Assembly: GCA_963663965.2 (NCBI GenBank)
Contig: CAXXFK010000026.1
Span: 39,887 to 103,886 of the forward strand
Source of the DNA: Sedimentisphaerales bacterium
GTDB lineage: Bacteria > Planctomycetota > Phycisphaerae > Sedimentisphaerales > SM23-30
Direction of reading: 5' to 3'
Length of the DNA: 64,000 nucleotides
Shown here: piece by piece, positions 32,037 to 43,004 of the stretch
Numbering within the stretch: position 1 is the first letter of the stretch
How the letters are laid out: each line of letters opens with the position of its first letter
The notes under the pieces: model-generated
The model's database searches: none
The model's input: the letters and a program-made list of their open reading frames with translations, nothing else
What the model was told of the DNA's origin: nothing
Program-made: the position numbers and the translations under genes

Positions 32037-33692
32037 ATGAATGAAGTTAGCGTAACGCAAAAAGCAGTTCAATTGGTTGGTCCAGATGAATTGAGATGTA
32101 ACCACGAAAAGGAAGTATTCCGGCCGGGGCCATACCAAATTTTGGGTAAAGTTGAAGCATGCGGATTGTGTTTTTCTGATTTAAAACTGTTGAAACAGTT
32201 TTCAGGTCATGTACGAAAAAGTGATGTACTGAAAGGCGTTGATCCAAAGGTGTTATCGGATACGCCTTCTTATGTGCCAGGGGATCTTCCAACCGTTCCC
32301 GGCCATGAGGTGATTATAAGGATTGTGGAAATTGGTGATAAGGTTAAGAATCATCAAGTGGGTGAACGCTGCCTGGTTCAGACGGATTACCGGTGGCTGC
32401 CAACGGCCAATTCTAATGCCGCTCTAGGCTATAATTTTGAAGGAGGTTTACAGGAATACGTCTTGATGGATGAGCGGGTGATTACCTCGCCAGAAGGCCA
32501 GTCGTATCTATTGCCCACTCGTGAAGATCTGTCGGCGGCATCCATTTCTCTGGTGGAACCCTGGGCTTGTGTTGAGGATGCCTATGCCGTACATGAACGG
32601 GCACAATTATGTTCAGGCGGCGATATGCTGGTTGTTGCCGATGAAAGGGTGGATCCAGATAAGCTGAACCGATTATTTGAGCAATATGGTCGTCCACAAA
32701 GTTTGAGATGGGCAGGTCATATTCCAGATGGCCTTAATGTTTCAGCCCAGTCGATAACCCTGGATGATCTGGGAGAAGATGAGTACAACGATGTAATTTA
32801 TTATGGCAGCAACCCTGAGGTAGTAGAACGATTGTTTAAACACGTCAAGACCTCCGGGTTGTATAATATTGTGTTATGCGGAGGCCAATTGGGCCGTGAT
32901 GTAACCAGTTATGTCGGCAGAGTTCATTATGGCAATATCCGAATCATCGGAACAACCGGAAACGATCCTGCTGAAGCCATGAAGTCCATACCAAAGACGG
33001 GTGAGATCCGTACTGGTGATATCGTAGATGTAATAGGCGCAGGAGGCCCGATGGGAGTTATGCATGTGGTGCGTGATTTGTGTCAGGGTGTGAATTCGAT
33101 TACCGTATGTGCGGGTGATCTGGATGACCAAAGGCTGCAGCTGTTAGATAAAATCGCTCAACCTCTGGCAGAGAAAAACGGCCTAATTTATCGTTCTTAT
33201 AATCCCAAGAAAGAGGGTGGTCCGGAAAAGGCAACCTATATTGTCCTGATGGCCCCAGTACCAGCGTTGGTGGCCAATGCCGTGAAAAAGGGGGGCGCCA
33301 AGGCCATTATAAATATATTCGCTGGTATTCCGGCTTCCGTAACTGCACAAATCGATATGCAGCGTTATATAGAACGGGGGATGTATTTTATCGGGACAAG
33401 CGGTTCCAATCTAGATGATATGAAGACGGTATTGAGTAAAGTTGAAGCCGGTACATTGGATACCAACATATCGGTTGCCGCAGTGTCTGATCTGGATGGC
33501 GCGATAGAAGGGATCAGGGCTGTTGAAAAACAATTAATTCCTGGGAAAATCCTGGTCTATCCTGCTTGCAAGGGATTGGGATTAATGACGCTTGCTGATT
33601 TGATAAAAAAGCATCCAGAGATTGCCGGATTGATTCCGGATGGGATCTGGAATCGTGAGGCTGAAAAAGTGCTGATGAAACTCTATTCATAA
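32037..33692 (+). CDS. Zn-dependent medium-chain dehydrogenase (sugar/polyol, sorbose-1-P reductase-like), extended
   Basis: CGLCFSD, VPGHE, GGLQEY, LVEPWAC, GAGGPMG, GTSGS. Confidence 0.85.
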   Translation: MNEVSVTQKAVQLVGPDELRCNHEKEVFRPGPYQILGKVEACGLCFSDLKLLKQFSGHVRKSDVLKGVDPKVLSDTPSYVPGDLPTVPGHEVIIRIVEIGDKVKNHQVGERCLVQTDYRWLPTANSNAALGYNFEGGLQEYVLMDERVITSPEGQSYLLPTREDLSAASISLVEPWACVEDAYAVHERAQLCSGGDMLVVADERVDPDKLNRLFEQYGRPQSLRWAGHIPDGLNVSAQSITLDDLGEDEYNDVIYYGSNPEVVERLFKHVKTSGLYNIVLCGGQLGRDVTSYVGRVHYGNIRIIGTTGNDPAEAMKSIPKTGEIRTGDIVDVIGAGGPMGVMHVVRDLCQGVNSITVCAGDLDDQRLQLLDKIAQPLAEKNGLIYRSYNPKKEGGPEKATYIVLMAPVPALVANAVKKGGAKAIINIFAGIPASVTAQIDMQRYIERGMYFIGTSGSNLDDMKTVLSKVEAGTLDTNISVAAVSDLDGAIEGIRAVEKQLIPGKILVYPACKGLGLMTLADLIKKHPEIAGLIPDGIWNREAEKVLMKLYS

Positions 33693-33734
33693 TATATAGA
33701 ACTTAAAAATAACAGACTAGATAAAAGGTAAATA

Positions 33735-35686
33735 ATGGATACTGCATTAAACGAGCTAATTGCCTTATCACAGAAGGTAGGGAATGATTTAAATATGGTG
33801 CGCGGATCGGGAGGAAATATTTCAGTCAAATCAGACGATGGCCAGTATATGTACATCAAAGCCAGCGGTGTGGCATTAAAAGACCTGCGTGAAGATTTTG
33901 GCTGGCGGCGGTTGCAACTGGATCTGGTACGATCCATTCTGACCGACAAGCGTCTGATGGCTATGAATACACTGGAGCAGGAAGAAGAGGTTTATAAAAA
34001 CCTGATACTCTCCTGCCGGGATGAAATGCCACTGGACTGGGCCCCCTCGATAGAATCCCATCTGCACGCTTTTCTGGGCAATGTTGTAATCCATCTCCAT
34101 CCACTGGCGGTATGTTCCCTGGGTAATGCCCGGAATGGTACGACAATTATCAAGAAATTGTTCAAGGATAACAAGAAACCTCCGTTGATTTTGGGCTATT
34201 GCAATCCTGGCTATACCTTTGCCCGGAAACTGGCAGGAGCTATTCAGACATACCAGAAGCAGTATGGCGGCATGCCTGAGGTGGTATTCCATGAGAAACA
34301 TGGGATATTTGTCAGCGCTGACAGTGGCAACATAGCGCTGAATCTGCTACGAAAAGCAGTTAAAGTGTGCGATGGAGCATTGCCGAAACTGCTATTCAAG
34401 GCTACAAGGATAGTAGAGGAAACCACGGTAAATGATATAAAGCTGGCTATTCGCAGGGCTTATTTTGAAGTTACCGGGAATTACGTGCCAGTAACCTATC
34501 ATCACAATGAATTGATTGACACCTTTTGTCGGCGTCAAGATGGAAAGGCATTGATGCGTTTACCACTGGCGCCCGATGAAATTGCTTATGCGGATGGCCC
34601 TGGCATTATGGGTGTGACAAAAAAGATTCCTCTGCGATCCAGAAGCAATTGGTTGCATTGGTTGATAAAGGATTTATGCCGGCAGCGGCTTATATAGTTC
34701 AGAATGTCGGATTATTCTTGGCAGGGGAATTATCGCGTGTCAACACGATTAGATCTATCGCGGAGAATTCCATGCTGATTCGCAGTTATGCCGCGAAATT
34801 GGGAGGTGTCACCGGCTTGACTCCTCAACAGCGTGGCTTTGTCGAAATGTTTGAAGAGGGGGGACATGCCCATGGTTGTGGCTGTACCCCGTTACAGAAT
34901 CGTATTGCCATTGTCACCGGGGCCGGAAGTGGTCTGGGGCGTAGTATTGCGATAGGATTGGCGCGTGCCGGGGCCATGGTGGCACTGGCAGATATTGATG
35001 AAAAGGCGATTAATGAGACTGCGGCAATGATAGCCGAAGAACTTCCGGATAGCATCACCTTGGCGCTTCCCAGTAATGTAACCAGTGAAGAATCGGTTAA
35101 AACAGGATTTAATAAGCTGATGGCTAACTGGGGGGGGGGTGGACATTATGGTAAACGCGGCAGGAGTCGCGCCAGCTTACAGTTTGGTTGATTTCCCGGT
35201 GGATAAATGGCGATTTGCCATGGAAGTTAATCTGACAGGTTATTTTCTGATGACCAGAGAAGCCGCCCGGATTATGATTAAACAGGGAATGGAGGGGGCT
35301 ATCATCAATTTGAGCAGCAAATCAGGTTTGGATGCCAGCAAAAATAATACCGCCTATAACGCAAGTAAATCGGGAGAAATTCCATATGGCGCGGGGATGG
35401 GCATTAGAACTGGGGCAATATGGGATTCGGGTAAACAGCATCTGCCCCGGTAATGTGTTTGAAGGATCTAAAATCTGGAATCCCACTTATATCGAAGAGT
35501 GTGCCCGAAAATTATGGTATCAAACCAGAGGAAGTGATTCCCTATTATGTAAATCGTACGACGTTGAAAAAGGAAATAAAAGGTCAGGATATTGCCGACG
35601 GTGTGGTATTTCTATGTTCCGATCAGGCACGTACCATTACGGGCCAGACGCTGGTAATCGATAGTGGACAAGTTATGGTAAGATAA
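33735..35686 (+). CDS. Bifunctional class II aldolase / short-chain dehydrogenase (RhaD-like), split by frameshifts
   Basis: GSGGNISVK, PSIESHLH, HLHP, KHG (aldolase); VTGAGSGLG, NAAG, YNASK, GIRVNSI, ITGQTLVIDSGQ (SDR); continuous if single bases are removed near 34602, 34615, 35130-35139, 35382 and 35512. Confidence 0.8.
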
Positions 35687-35694
35687 AATTTAAT

Positions 35695-35729
35695 GGAAAA
35701 GGCTTTGAGGTTCTGACTCAAGCCTTTCC
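35695..35729. terminator. Hairpin between convergent genes
   Basis: GGAAAAGGCTTTGAG...CTCAAGCCTTTCC imperfect stem. Confidence 0.5.
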
Positions 35730-35762
35730 GTAATTTGTATCAACCAGAAGAAATCAGTCGAA

Positions 35763-36332
35763 TTAATCATTTAACTCATTATCTTTCCAGTATTTAGTTC
35801 CTGCCAGGGTTGCTTGAAGAGCGATACCATTTTTGGTGAATTGATAAATTTCCATATCGGGATTTATGTCACCGGCAGTATTGGCAGATGCCCCTTTATC
35901 ATCAGCCTGGATAGCTGCATCGGCGTGGCCGCCAAATTCCCAGCCTTTATCAATAAAGCTGTTAAGCGTTTCTTTATTTTTAAAGATAATGACTGCTCTG
36001 AAATCTTTAACACCGGCTCCCAAGCCTACACCTGCCATAGCCATTTTCATATAAGTTTTCTGTTGGGTTTGATTATCAATAACCGCCCCAAATCCATTTC
36101 CTGCACTTAGCAAGATTACATTGATATTAACATTGCTGAAAACACCATAACCTGCCGATTTCTGGATTTTTTCTTTAGTTTGAGGGTATTCCAGGTAAAG
36201 CTCATTCAGGGTTTTGTCAACCATTTCATTGACATAACTTTTTTTATCAGAGGTGGTTACTCCTTTCGGACCACTGCAGCCAGAGACGAGGATAGACAAA
36301 ACAAGCAATGATCCGACAGTAATAATTCTCAT
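35763..36332 (-). CDS. Ysc84/SYLF-domain lipoprotein
   Basis: Lipobox VSGC; AGYGVFS, GNGFG, GVGLGAG, GWEFGG, YQFT..G..LQATL.GTKY. Confidence 0.85.
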   Translation of the reverse strand: MRIITVGSLLVLSILVSGCSGPKGVTTSDKKSYVNEMVDKTLNELYLEYPQTKEKIQKSAGYGVFSNVNINVILLSAGNGFGAVIDNQTQQKTYMKMAMAGVGLGAGVKDFRAVIIFKNKETLNSFIDKGWEFGGHADAAIQADDKGASANTAGDINPDMEIYQFTKNGIALQATLAGTKYWKDNELND

Positions 36333-36420
36333 TATATAATCCTTTCAAAAGTTGTTATTGCATGTAACTAATTATAGGATTATAGGAGGGAAAACTCACA
36401 TTTTCAAAGATTATATTTAA

Positions 36421-36990
36421 TCAATTTTCACTTAAATCCAAGGGGATACTATCGAGAAGATGATTCATGGCAATCTTTATATCCGCATATAAAGCATTTG
36501 CTTCTTTGGCGTATGGATCGTAAGTGATATTAGGAGAATTTTTGACAGAATCTGGTGTTAAGGCAAAAGCAGGCATCAGGTCATCAGTGATTATTGCCCG
36601 GCAGGTCTGGTACACATGGTCCAATCCGGGATTCTTGGGATTTGGATTTTGCTTGTTTATAGTTAGAACGCTTCCCAGTAAAATCATTAAAAGAGCCGCT
36701 ACTGCAATCAGGGGGCGTGTTCGGTCAAAAAGTGTCTCCTCCCGATCAATAGCAATCGGCTGTGATGATGTGGCTTCAATTCGTTTCATAACACCATCAG
36801 CCATTGAGCGATGAAACGCTTCGCTGGAAACGGGTTGATCCTGAATTAATCGGCGCGTCAAGCGGCGGTTGGACTCGAGGAAATCACGACAATCTGAACA
36901 ATGAGACAGGTGTTTTTTTACAGAGGAATTCAGCTTGGAGTCATCATCCAGAGCCTTCGATAGCCAGATTTTATAGATGAAGCATAACAT
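36421..36990 (-). CDS. Zinc-binding (ZAS) membrane anti-sigma factor
   Basis: HLSHCSDC (HxxxCxxC), one TM helix, directly downstream of the ECF sigma gene. Confidence 0.8.
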   Translation of the reverse strand: MLCFIYKIWLSKALDDDSKLNSSVKKHLSHCSDCRDFLESNRRLTRRLIQDQPVSSEAFHRSMADGVMKRIEATSSQPIAIDREETLFDRTRPLIAVAALLMILLGSVLTINKQNPNPKNPGLDHVYQTCRAIITDDLMPAFALTPDSVKNSPNITYDPYAKEANALYADIKIAMNHLLDSIPLDLSEN

Positions 36991-37001
36991 GATAAGTCTC
37001 T

Positions 37002-37649
37002 TTATAATTCGATTGGATTACCCGATTGTATATTCCGATTATTCGGGATTGAATTGTGATTAAATGTGTTTTCATTTAAACCTAAATTTCTGGTTTCAAA
37101 CAGGTATTTTAATTCTGTTCTGGCGCGGTGAAGCAGAACGCGGACATGAATGGATGATTTGTTAAGAACGCGAGCGATTTCATTAACAGGGAGTTCTTCT
37201 ACGTAGCGAAGCCACAAGACCGCATAACGGTCTTTTTTCAGTCGGCGCGCCAGACGCCATAAATTCAATGTCTCTTCACTTTCAATCAATTGCAGTTCTG
37301 GTTGACGATGATCGATAATATCCGGCAGTTCTTCGACCACTATCGCACCACCAAATTTCTTGTAATAATTAATCATGAGCCGATAAGCAATCGTGAAAAG
37401 CCAGGTTGAGAATTGAGCGCGCGCATCAAAGCTGCTAATATTATGGTAGGCGCGTAGCAGGGTTTCCTGGGTCAGATCTTCAGCATCTTGTTCGTTATGC
37501 GTTTTGTAACGCAGGAAATGGTATAATCGCCCACTGTAACGTCGAGCCAACTCCGCAAAGCTTTCGCGGCAACCTGAGCCTGCGTTAAACAGGAGTGCCG
37601 ATTCATCCAGGGAATCTTTTTGCGGTAGTTTATGGGGTTGCTCTGGCAT
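37002..37649 (-). CDS. ECF RNA polymerase sigma factor
   Basis: DAEDLTQETLLRAY, FSTWLFTIA, EIARVL...VRVLLHRAR. Confidence 0.93.
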   Translation of the reverse strand: MPEQPHKLPQKDSLDESALLFNAGSGCRESFAELARRYSGRLYHFLRYKTHNEQDAEDLTQETLLRAYHNISSFDARAQFSTWLFTIAYRLMINYYKKFGGAIVVEELPDIIDHRQPELQLIESEETLNLWRLARRLKKDRYAVLWLRYVEELPVNEIARVLNKSSIHVRVLLHRARTELKYLFETRNLGLNENTFNHNSIPNNRNIQSGNPIEL

Positions 37650-37734
37650 TTTCTTTACAATCAAACCTTAAATACAATTACCCGGGTACTTTATATTGGA
37701 AATACCCGGGCAGTAATGCATCAATTTTCATGGG

Positions 37735-38670
37735 CTAATTCTGGGGTCTATCATGAATGTTTTTGAGTTTTTTCATAATTTCGACTAATTGATCGACAGG
37801 ATACTGAAAATGAATATCCACCAGAACATTGTCGCAGGATACTGTGATGGCGCCGGCTAATTTCGCAATTTGAGGTTGTTTGTCAGCATGTAACTGACCA
37901 AAAGCCAAAAGTCCTTGAATCACTTGGGTAATCTGCTGAGCGGTTTCCGGCGAACTCATCGTCAGGGCGCCGTGTACTGACAGATTATCATCCGTTTCAC
38001 CCATAATCAGGCCGATATCTTCAACATGAGCGAGCATCGCCGCATTAGGAGGCATTTTGATTTCGCCAATGCCAGTCGCGCTAAGGATAAGAAATGTTCC
38101 ATTCGGGCTATTGGCAAAGACTGCAGGAACAACCGAATCCGCCATTGATTTTTCCTTGCCGGATACTGTATCAAGCGCCGATTCTATTTTTGACTGGTGG
38201 CTGGCAACGATCAACATGTCAGGAGCAGCCGAGCCGAAAACTTCATGTTTGTGCTTTTTCTCGTACCACTTATGGATAGTTGAATTTTCGTAGGATATTG
38301 TTTCATGGCTATCATCAAGATTAAGTATGCCTTCAATTTTTTCAGTATCGAATCTACCTTGTAATAGCATGATTCCATTGTCGGGCACGAAAGAGTTGTT
38401 ATATAAACAGACACTATCTACATCTTCAACCGGATTGAAACCAATAATTTGTTTAAGGGCGACCATCTGATTGGTGATTTTTTCAGCTTTCCCTTCGTTT
38501 TTAATGATATTCCAGATGGCATTACGAATGGCACTATTCTGAATCGCATTCACGTCGACGTGGACGGCCCATTTTGCGTCTGATGGGATCAGTGATGGAT
38601 CTGCAGGTTTAGCAAACACAAGTCCTGACAGTATTAAAATTCCAATTAAACTAAACTTGACAGCATTCAT
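37735..38670 (-). CDS. Hypothetical exported protein, first gene of the ECF unit
   Basis: GGAG RBS, signal peptide, 311-aa ORF. Confidence 0.7.
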   Translation of the reverse strand: MNAVKFSLIGILILSGLVFAKPADPSLIPSDAKWAVHVDVNAIQNSAIRNAIWNIIKNEGKAEKITNQMVALKQIIGFNPVEDVDSVCLYNNSFVPDNGIMLLQGRFDTEKIEGILNLDDSHETISYENSTIHKWYEKKHKHEVFGSAAPDMLIVASHQSKIESALDTVSGKEKSMADSVVPAVFANSPNGTFLILSATGIGEIKMPPNAAMLAHVEDIGLIMGETDDNLSVHGALTMSSPETAQQITQVIQGLLAFGQLHADKQPQIAKLAGAITVSCDNVLVDIHFQYPVDQLVEIMKKLKNIHDRPQN

Positions 38671-38744
38671 TTGTAACTCCTTTAATAACTATAAGTAATG
38701 ATGTTTCAATTTTTTCTAGGTCGGTTAACCGTCTTCAATAGGTA

Positions 38745-38771
38745 ATACAACAGAAAATTATGGATGTTACA
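38745..38771 (-). promoter_or_regulatory. Candidate ECF-sigma promoter
   Basis: Minus strand TGTAAC-16 nt-TGTAT, matching the AAC / (C/T)GT architecture of ECF promoters. Confidence 0.55.
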
Positions 38772-38930
38772 AAATAATATTATTGTTTTTTTGGGGGTGC
38801 ATGGTTATTGCAAGCCTTATTAATCATTAAATTGATAATTCCAATGAATGTGGCACTGAAAATTCGGATAAAAGTAATTCCTGCTATAACGAAAGAAACT
38901 AATCGTCCTGATACTGATACTTTTAAGCTA

Positions 38931-40406
38931 CTATAATTGAGATAACAGGGAGGTTAATAACAGCCAGATTTTGTCTACAGAGGCGATTTCGACTCTTTCA
39001 GTCGGGCTATGTGCTCCTTCGATATTCGGTCCAAACGAAATCATATCCATACCTTTGATTCGTTCACCAATAATTCCGCATTCCAGACCGGCATGAATCG
39101 CCACAAGTTGCGCTTCTTTCTTGAACAGCTTTTGATAGACTTTCTGGCAGCGTTTTAACAGATCAGATTCTAAGTTGGGATTCCAACCGGGATAGCGATT
39201 GGAATTTTTAATTTGTCCGCCAGCCAGCTTTGCCAGAGAATTTATACGGGCAGTGATCCAGTCAAGGCTGAACGGATTAGAACTTCGTTGAGAGGTTTGA
39301 ATGTGTAATTCATTGTCAGCTATTTTGACAATGGCAAGATTGGAAGAGGTTTCGATCATACCCAATTGATTATCAACACGATATACACCGTTTGGGATCG
39401 CACAGATTAATGAAATCATTCTGTTAAGGTCTTCAAGAGCTACAGGCATTAAGTCCGCAGGATGATTATCAGAGGGTTTCAAGGTTATCCTGATATTGGG
39501 ATCCGTATCCGCATAGAGGCGTTTTATCTCTGTTTCAAATTGATTAATGGCTTTCTGAATATCTTCGATTTCATTTGTGTCAATGGCCAGACAAACCTGA
39601 CAGTCACGGGCAATCGCGTTATGGACTGTTCCGCCTGAGATATCAATTAAATGAATCGAATTATGGGCACTTGCAGTCAGGCGATCGAGTAGAAATCCCA
39701 TCATTGATAGAGCATTGGCGCGCTGGCGATGAATATCTACTCCAGAATGGCCTCCAGTTAATCCAGAAATTGAAATTGAATGAACGGCGCAACTGGAAGG
39801 AAGGTTATCAAAACGTTGGAAAGCAAGAGTCATGTCCGTCAATTCCCCACCGGCACAACCGATGAAGATTGAGGAGTCATGTTCGCTGTCCAGATTGATC
39901 ATTCGATTGGCTTTAACGAATTCCTTGTTTAATCCCATGGCTCCCACCAGGCCGGTTTCTTCATCGATGGTAAACAGTAATTCCAGTGGAGGATGTTGAA
40001 TGTTTTTATCTATTCCTGCGGCAAGAGCCAGGCAAAGTCCCAATCCATTGTCTGCCCCCAGTGTGGTATTCTCTGCCGATATCCAGCCATTGTGTTCACG
40101 TAATTTGATTGGATCACGATTGAAATCATGATTCGAATCCGGTGTCTTCTGACAGACCATGTCCATATGTGATTGTAAAACTACCGGCGCATGCCCTTCG
40201 TAACCAGGTGATGACGGGACTTCAATGAACAGATTGCCAACGGCATCCTGCCGATACTGCCATTTATACTTTTGAGCGATCTGAATGAGCCATGTTGCCA
40301 CTTCAAGACAGTTTCCAGAAGGCCGGGGAATTTGTGATAATTGATGGAAAAAAGTCCAGACTGATTGACAATATGCTTCTTTCAGATTCAAGGTTGTCTC
40401 CTGCAA
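38931..40406 (-). CDS. pepD: Aminoacyl-histidine dipeptidase (M20C)
   Basis: IPRPS, LQSHMDMV, TTLGADNG, DEETGL, NLDSE, GGHSG, IHAGLECG, HSPTE. Confidence 0.93.
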   Translation of the reverse strand: MQETTLNLKEAYCQSVWTFFHQLSQIPRPSGNCLEVATWLIQIAQKYKWQYRQDAVGNLFIEVPSSPGYEGHAPVVLQSHMDMVCQKTPDSNHDFNRDPIKLREHNGWISAENTTLGADNGLGLCLALAAGIDKNIQHPPLELLFTIDEETGLVGAMGLNKEFVKANRMINLDSEHDSSIFIGCAGGELTDMTLAFQRFDNLPSSCAVHSISISGLTGGHSGVDIHRQRANALSMMGFLLDRLTASAHNSIHLIDISGGTVHNAIARDCQVCLAIDTNEIEDIQKAINQFETEIKRLYADTDPNIRITLKPSDNHPADLMPVALEDLNRMISLICAIPNGVYRVDNQLGMIETSSNLAIVKIADNELHIQTSQRSSNPFSLDWITARINSLAKLAGGQIKNSNRYPGWNPNLESDLLKRCQKVYQKLFKKEAQLVAIHAGLECGIIGERIKGMDMISFGPNIEGAHSPTERVEIASVDKIWLLLTSLLSQL

Positions 40407-41026
40407 AATTTTAATGTTATTTCATAGTGATTTATTATGAAGTTTAGACGAACAGACAAAATGAAATTTTTAATTTATAAGACAACAATCAGTGACAAAT
40501 CCGAAAAACTTCCCTAGTAATGAAAGGCGGGAATTTTCTCCAAGGTGTTTTGCTTGTCTTAAGCTGTCATACTGATAATGTTTGTATCATGTCTCATTAA
40601 AAGATCATATATTTTTTTACTCAAAACACTTAATTATACTTCTTTGTGAGTTAATGATATAAGGGTAATGTAATATCATAACCCAATTTATTGTAGAAAA
40701 TTATAAAATAATGCGCTAGATTTCGTTTTCGATATTTAAAAAACGCTTGCGCAGGGCAGCCCAGATAGATCGTGTGATTATTTTTAACGGTCTATCTAAC
40801 ATTTGATTATTAAGAAAAATCTGTATATACTTAACCCTGAATCAGAGTCCCTGACAACGTGATACTCAACTATGGCCAGTTGTATAACCTGGTGGGTGTG
40901 CCGTTCTGGGGTGTGTCTTTAGTTAATATTTGTACTTTAAATAGTTATATCAGGTGCACAAACCTTATTGGGAGTCAGGTTCTCCCGGGCCATTAAAAAG
41001 AGTTGTTATTAATCTTTTAGAGAGCA

Positions 41027-42994
41027 ATGGAAAAAAATATAAGCAATAGTTCTCAGTCGAAGCCATTATTAAATTCGACCGAGATTAATATGCACCGAAT
41101 ATGCGGTTTGGCCTTCGCTATGCTGGCGGGCAATATCTGGAAGTTGATTCGTCACATTCTCATTTTAAGTGATTATTTTGAAAATATTCTTCAAAATTAT
41201 AAATCAAGGTCGGAATTTTTAGCGTTTGTCAATGACACAAATGAAAGTGGCAGTAATTCACTTTCTGGTGATTTTTCCCAGAAATTTCGATTTTCCGATG
41301 GCGCCGCTTATCAGCATAGTCAGATGATTCGTCATCTATCATGGTTTGTCAGTCTGGTAATTTATGCCTGTTTAAATAGCTTTTATTTGCGAATTGTTTC
41401 CGGGAGTTATTTTCAACTAAAAGGTCCATATGAATCACGGTATTTAATTGATCAATTACAATTTCCTCTTCATATTTTTCAGTTTCCATCCTGGATTGTG
41501 ATCAGCGCGCTTTTCATGTGTCTGCTTTGTGCCATACCGATCATTATTTCCCAGTTGTACAATTTAATTTATACGATCCCGTTTGTTCTTTCGATTATGT
41601 TGCTAGGTCATAAACCCGTATTGTGTTTTTGCGTTTTTTTCAGTTGCGCACTGGTGAGTTTTGAACCACTTCGATTTAAGTCAAAATATGTTGCCTCATT
41701 ATTAAGTTTACTTCCTGTGGTATTATTCTGGTGGTTATATAGCGGTTCCAATCCGGAACAGGATGTGTTGCGCTGGGCCGTATTTTACGCACCCTGGGGA
41801 TTTGCTTTTTTGTTTTGTCTGATATTTCTGGGTATTGTGGTTATCGGCGGCCATTTTACCAGGTACTGGCCCGGCATTCTGCCGCCGATTATTCTGGTCG
41901 CAGTTGGGCTTACGATTGTCTATTTTAATCATGCGATCGGTTTGGATGAACGGGATTTTCAGGCTCAGGTATATCGATATCGTCCGGACAAAAATACTGA
42001 TTTTAAAAGCGATAATATTGTCCCCTATTTAATGAAAGAGCTGAAGGAAATCAAAAAAAAGCAGGAATACCTGAGCGATGAAGCGATTATGACTGCTTTG
42101 CGTACGGAATGGAAATGGACCTTTAATTACAATATTCTGGAGAATACCAGTCCAACCTCAATAGCCCGGAAAAAACTGGTTAATTTTGAACAGGCCCGAT
42201 TAAAAGCGATACAGCAGATTGACGTATTTATTGAAGAACACAGCAGCCATTTGCTGCAGGATAGCCGTTTGGTTGACGCCATCTATTTCAAGGGGCTTCT
42301 AAATGACTTAAGACCCGATATTCGCGCGATCAGCGATGAGGATATTTTGCGGTTTTATTACGATAGTCCCAGTTCATTCAGTCAGCCCATCTGGCAGGAA
42401 CTGGTGGATCGTTTTGGCGATTCAATCGTCAGTATTGACGCACGCCGGCGACTTGCCTTACTGGCGGCCATGCGTCAACCCCAACGTCCTGATGAAATAT
42501 TCGGATTTGACGAAGCGACGCGATTGCTTGATGAGGCATTATTAACCCTGGAAAGCGCAAAACAGGCGACATCGATTCGTTATCGGTCAGATCAATTCTG
42601 GTATGAGCGGTTTAAGACCTTGTTCACACCACCAAGTCCCAGCATTGGTCATGATGAATTGATACGGTTGGAGACAAAAATGAAGGCGTTGAAGGGATTA
42701 ATCAGTTCAGAGAATCGTACCGGGCACCGGATACATGATACGCGATTAGCGGCATTCATTGGGCTGGATCCGCATCGTCTGGAATATGAAGAGAAACTTT
42801 TGGAACTCTTAAACAATTCTCCCAATCCGGATCCATTACGTGATAATATCGAGTTCGCCCTGGCACAATTGAAAACCAAAGAAGAAGACCGGATTGCCCG
42901 ATTCAAAGAGATTATTCGGGAATTTCCTGATAGTGACGGCGCCCATAATGCCGCCTTTTTACTAGAAACATTGACAAACTTAAATGGAAAGTAA
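41027..42994 (+). CDS. Hypothetical multi-pass membrane protein with helical (TPR-like) C-terminus; start uncertain
   Basis: Several TM segments followed by a helical domain ending I.EFPDSDGA. Confidence 0.65.
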   Translation: MEKNISNSSQSKPLLNSTEINMHRICGLAFAMLAGNIWKLIRHILILSDYFENILQNYKSRSEFLAFVNDTNESGSNSLSGDFSQKFRFSDGAAYQHSQMIRHLSWFVSLVIYACLNSFYLRIVSGSYFQLKGPYESRYLIDQLQFPLHIFQFPSWIVISALFMCLLCAIPIIISQLYNLIYTIPFVLSIMLLGHKPVLCFCVFFSCALVSFEPLRFKSKYVASLLSLLPVVLFWWLYSGSNPEQDVLRWAVFYAPWGFAFLFCLIFLGIVVIGGHFTRYWPGILPPIILVAVGLTIVYFNHAIGLDERDFQAQVYRYRPDKNTDFKSDNIVPYLMKELKEIKKKQEYLSDEAIMTALRTEWKWTFNYNILENTSPTSIARKKLVNFEQARLKAIQQIDVFIEEHSSHLLQDSRLVDAIYFKGLLNDLRPDIRAISDEDILRFYYDSPSSFSQPIWQELVDRFGDSIVSIDARRRLALLAAMRQPQRPDEIFGFDEATRLLDEALLTLESAKQATSIRYRSDQFWYERFKTLFTPPSPSIGHDELIRLETKMKALKGLISSENRTGHRIHDTRLAAFIGLDPHRLEYEEKLLELLNNSPNPDPLRDNIEFALAQLKTKEEDRIARFKEIIREFPDSDGAHNAAFLLETLTNLNGK

Positions 42995-43004
42995 TATAAA
43001 TTTT

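Noticed and set aside
34600..35515. Programmed ribosomal frameshifting in the aldolase-SDR gene
   Set aside because: Too many sites and no shared slippery motif; error is more parsimonious
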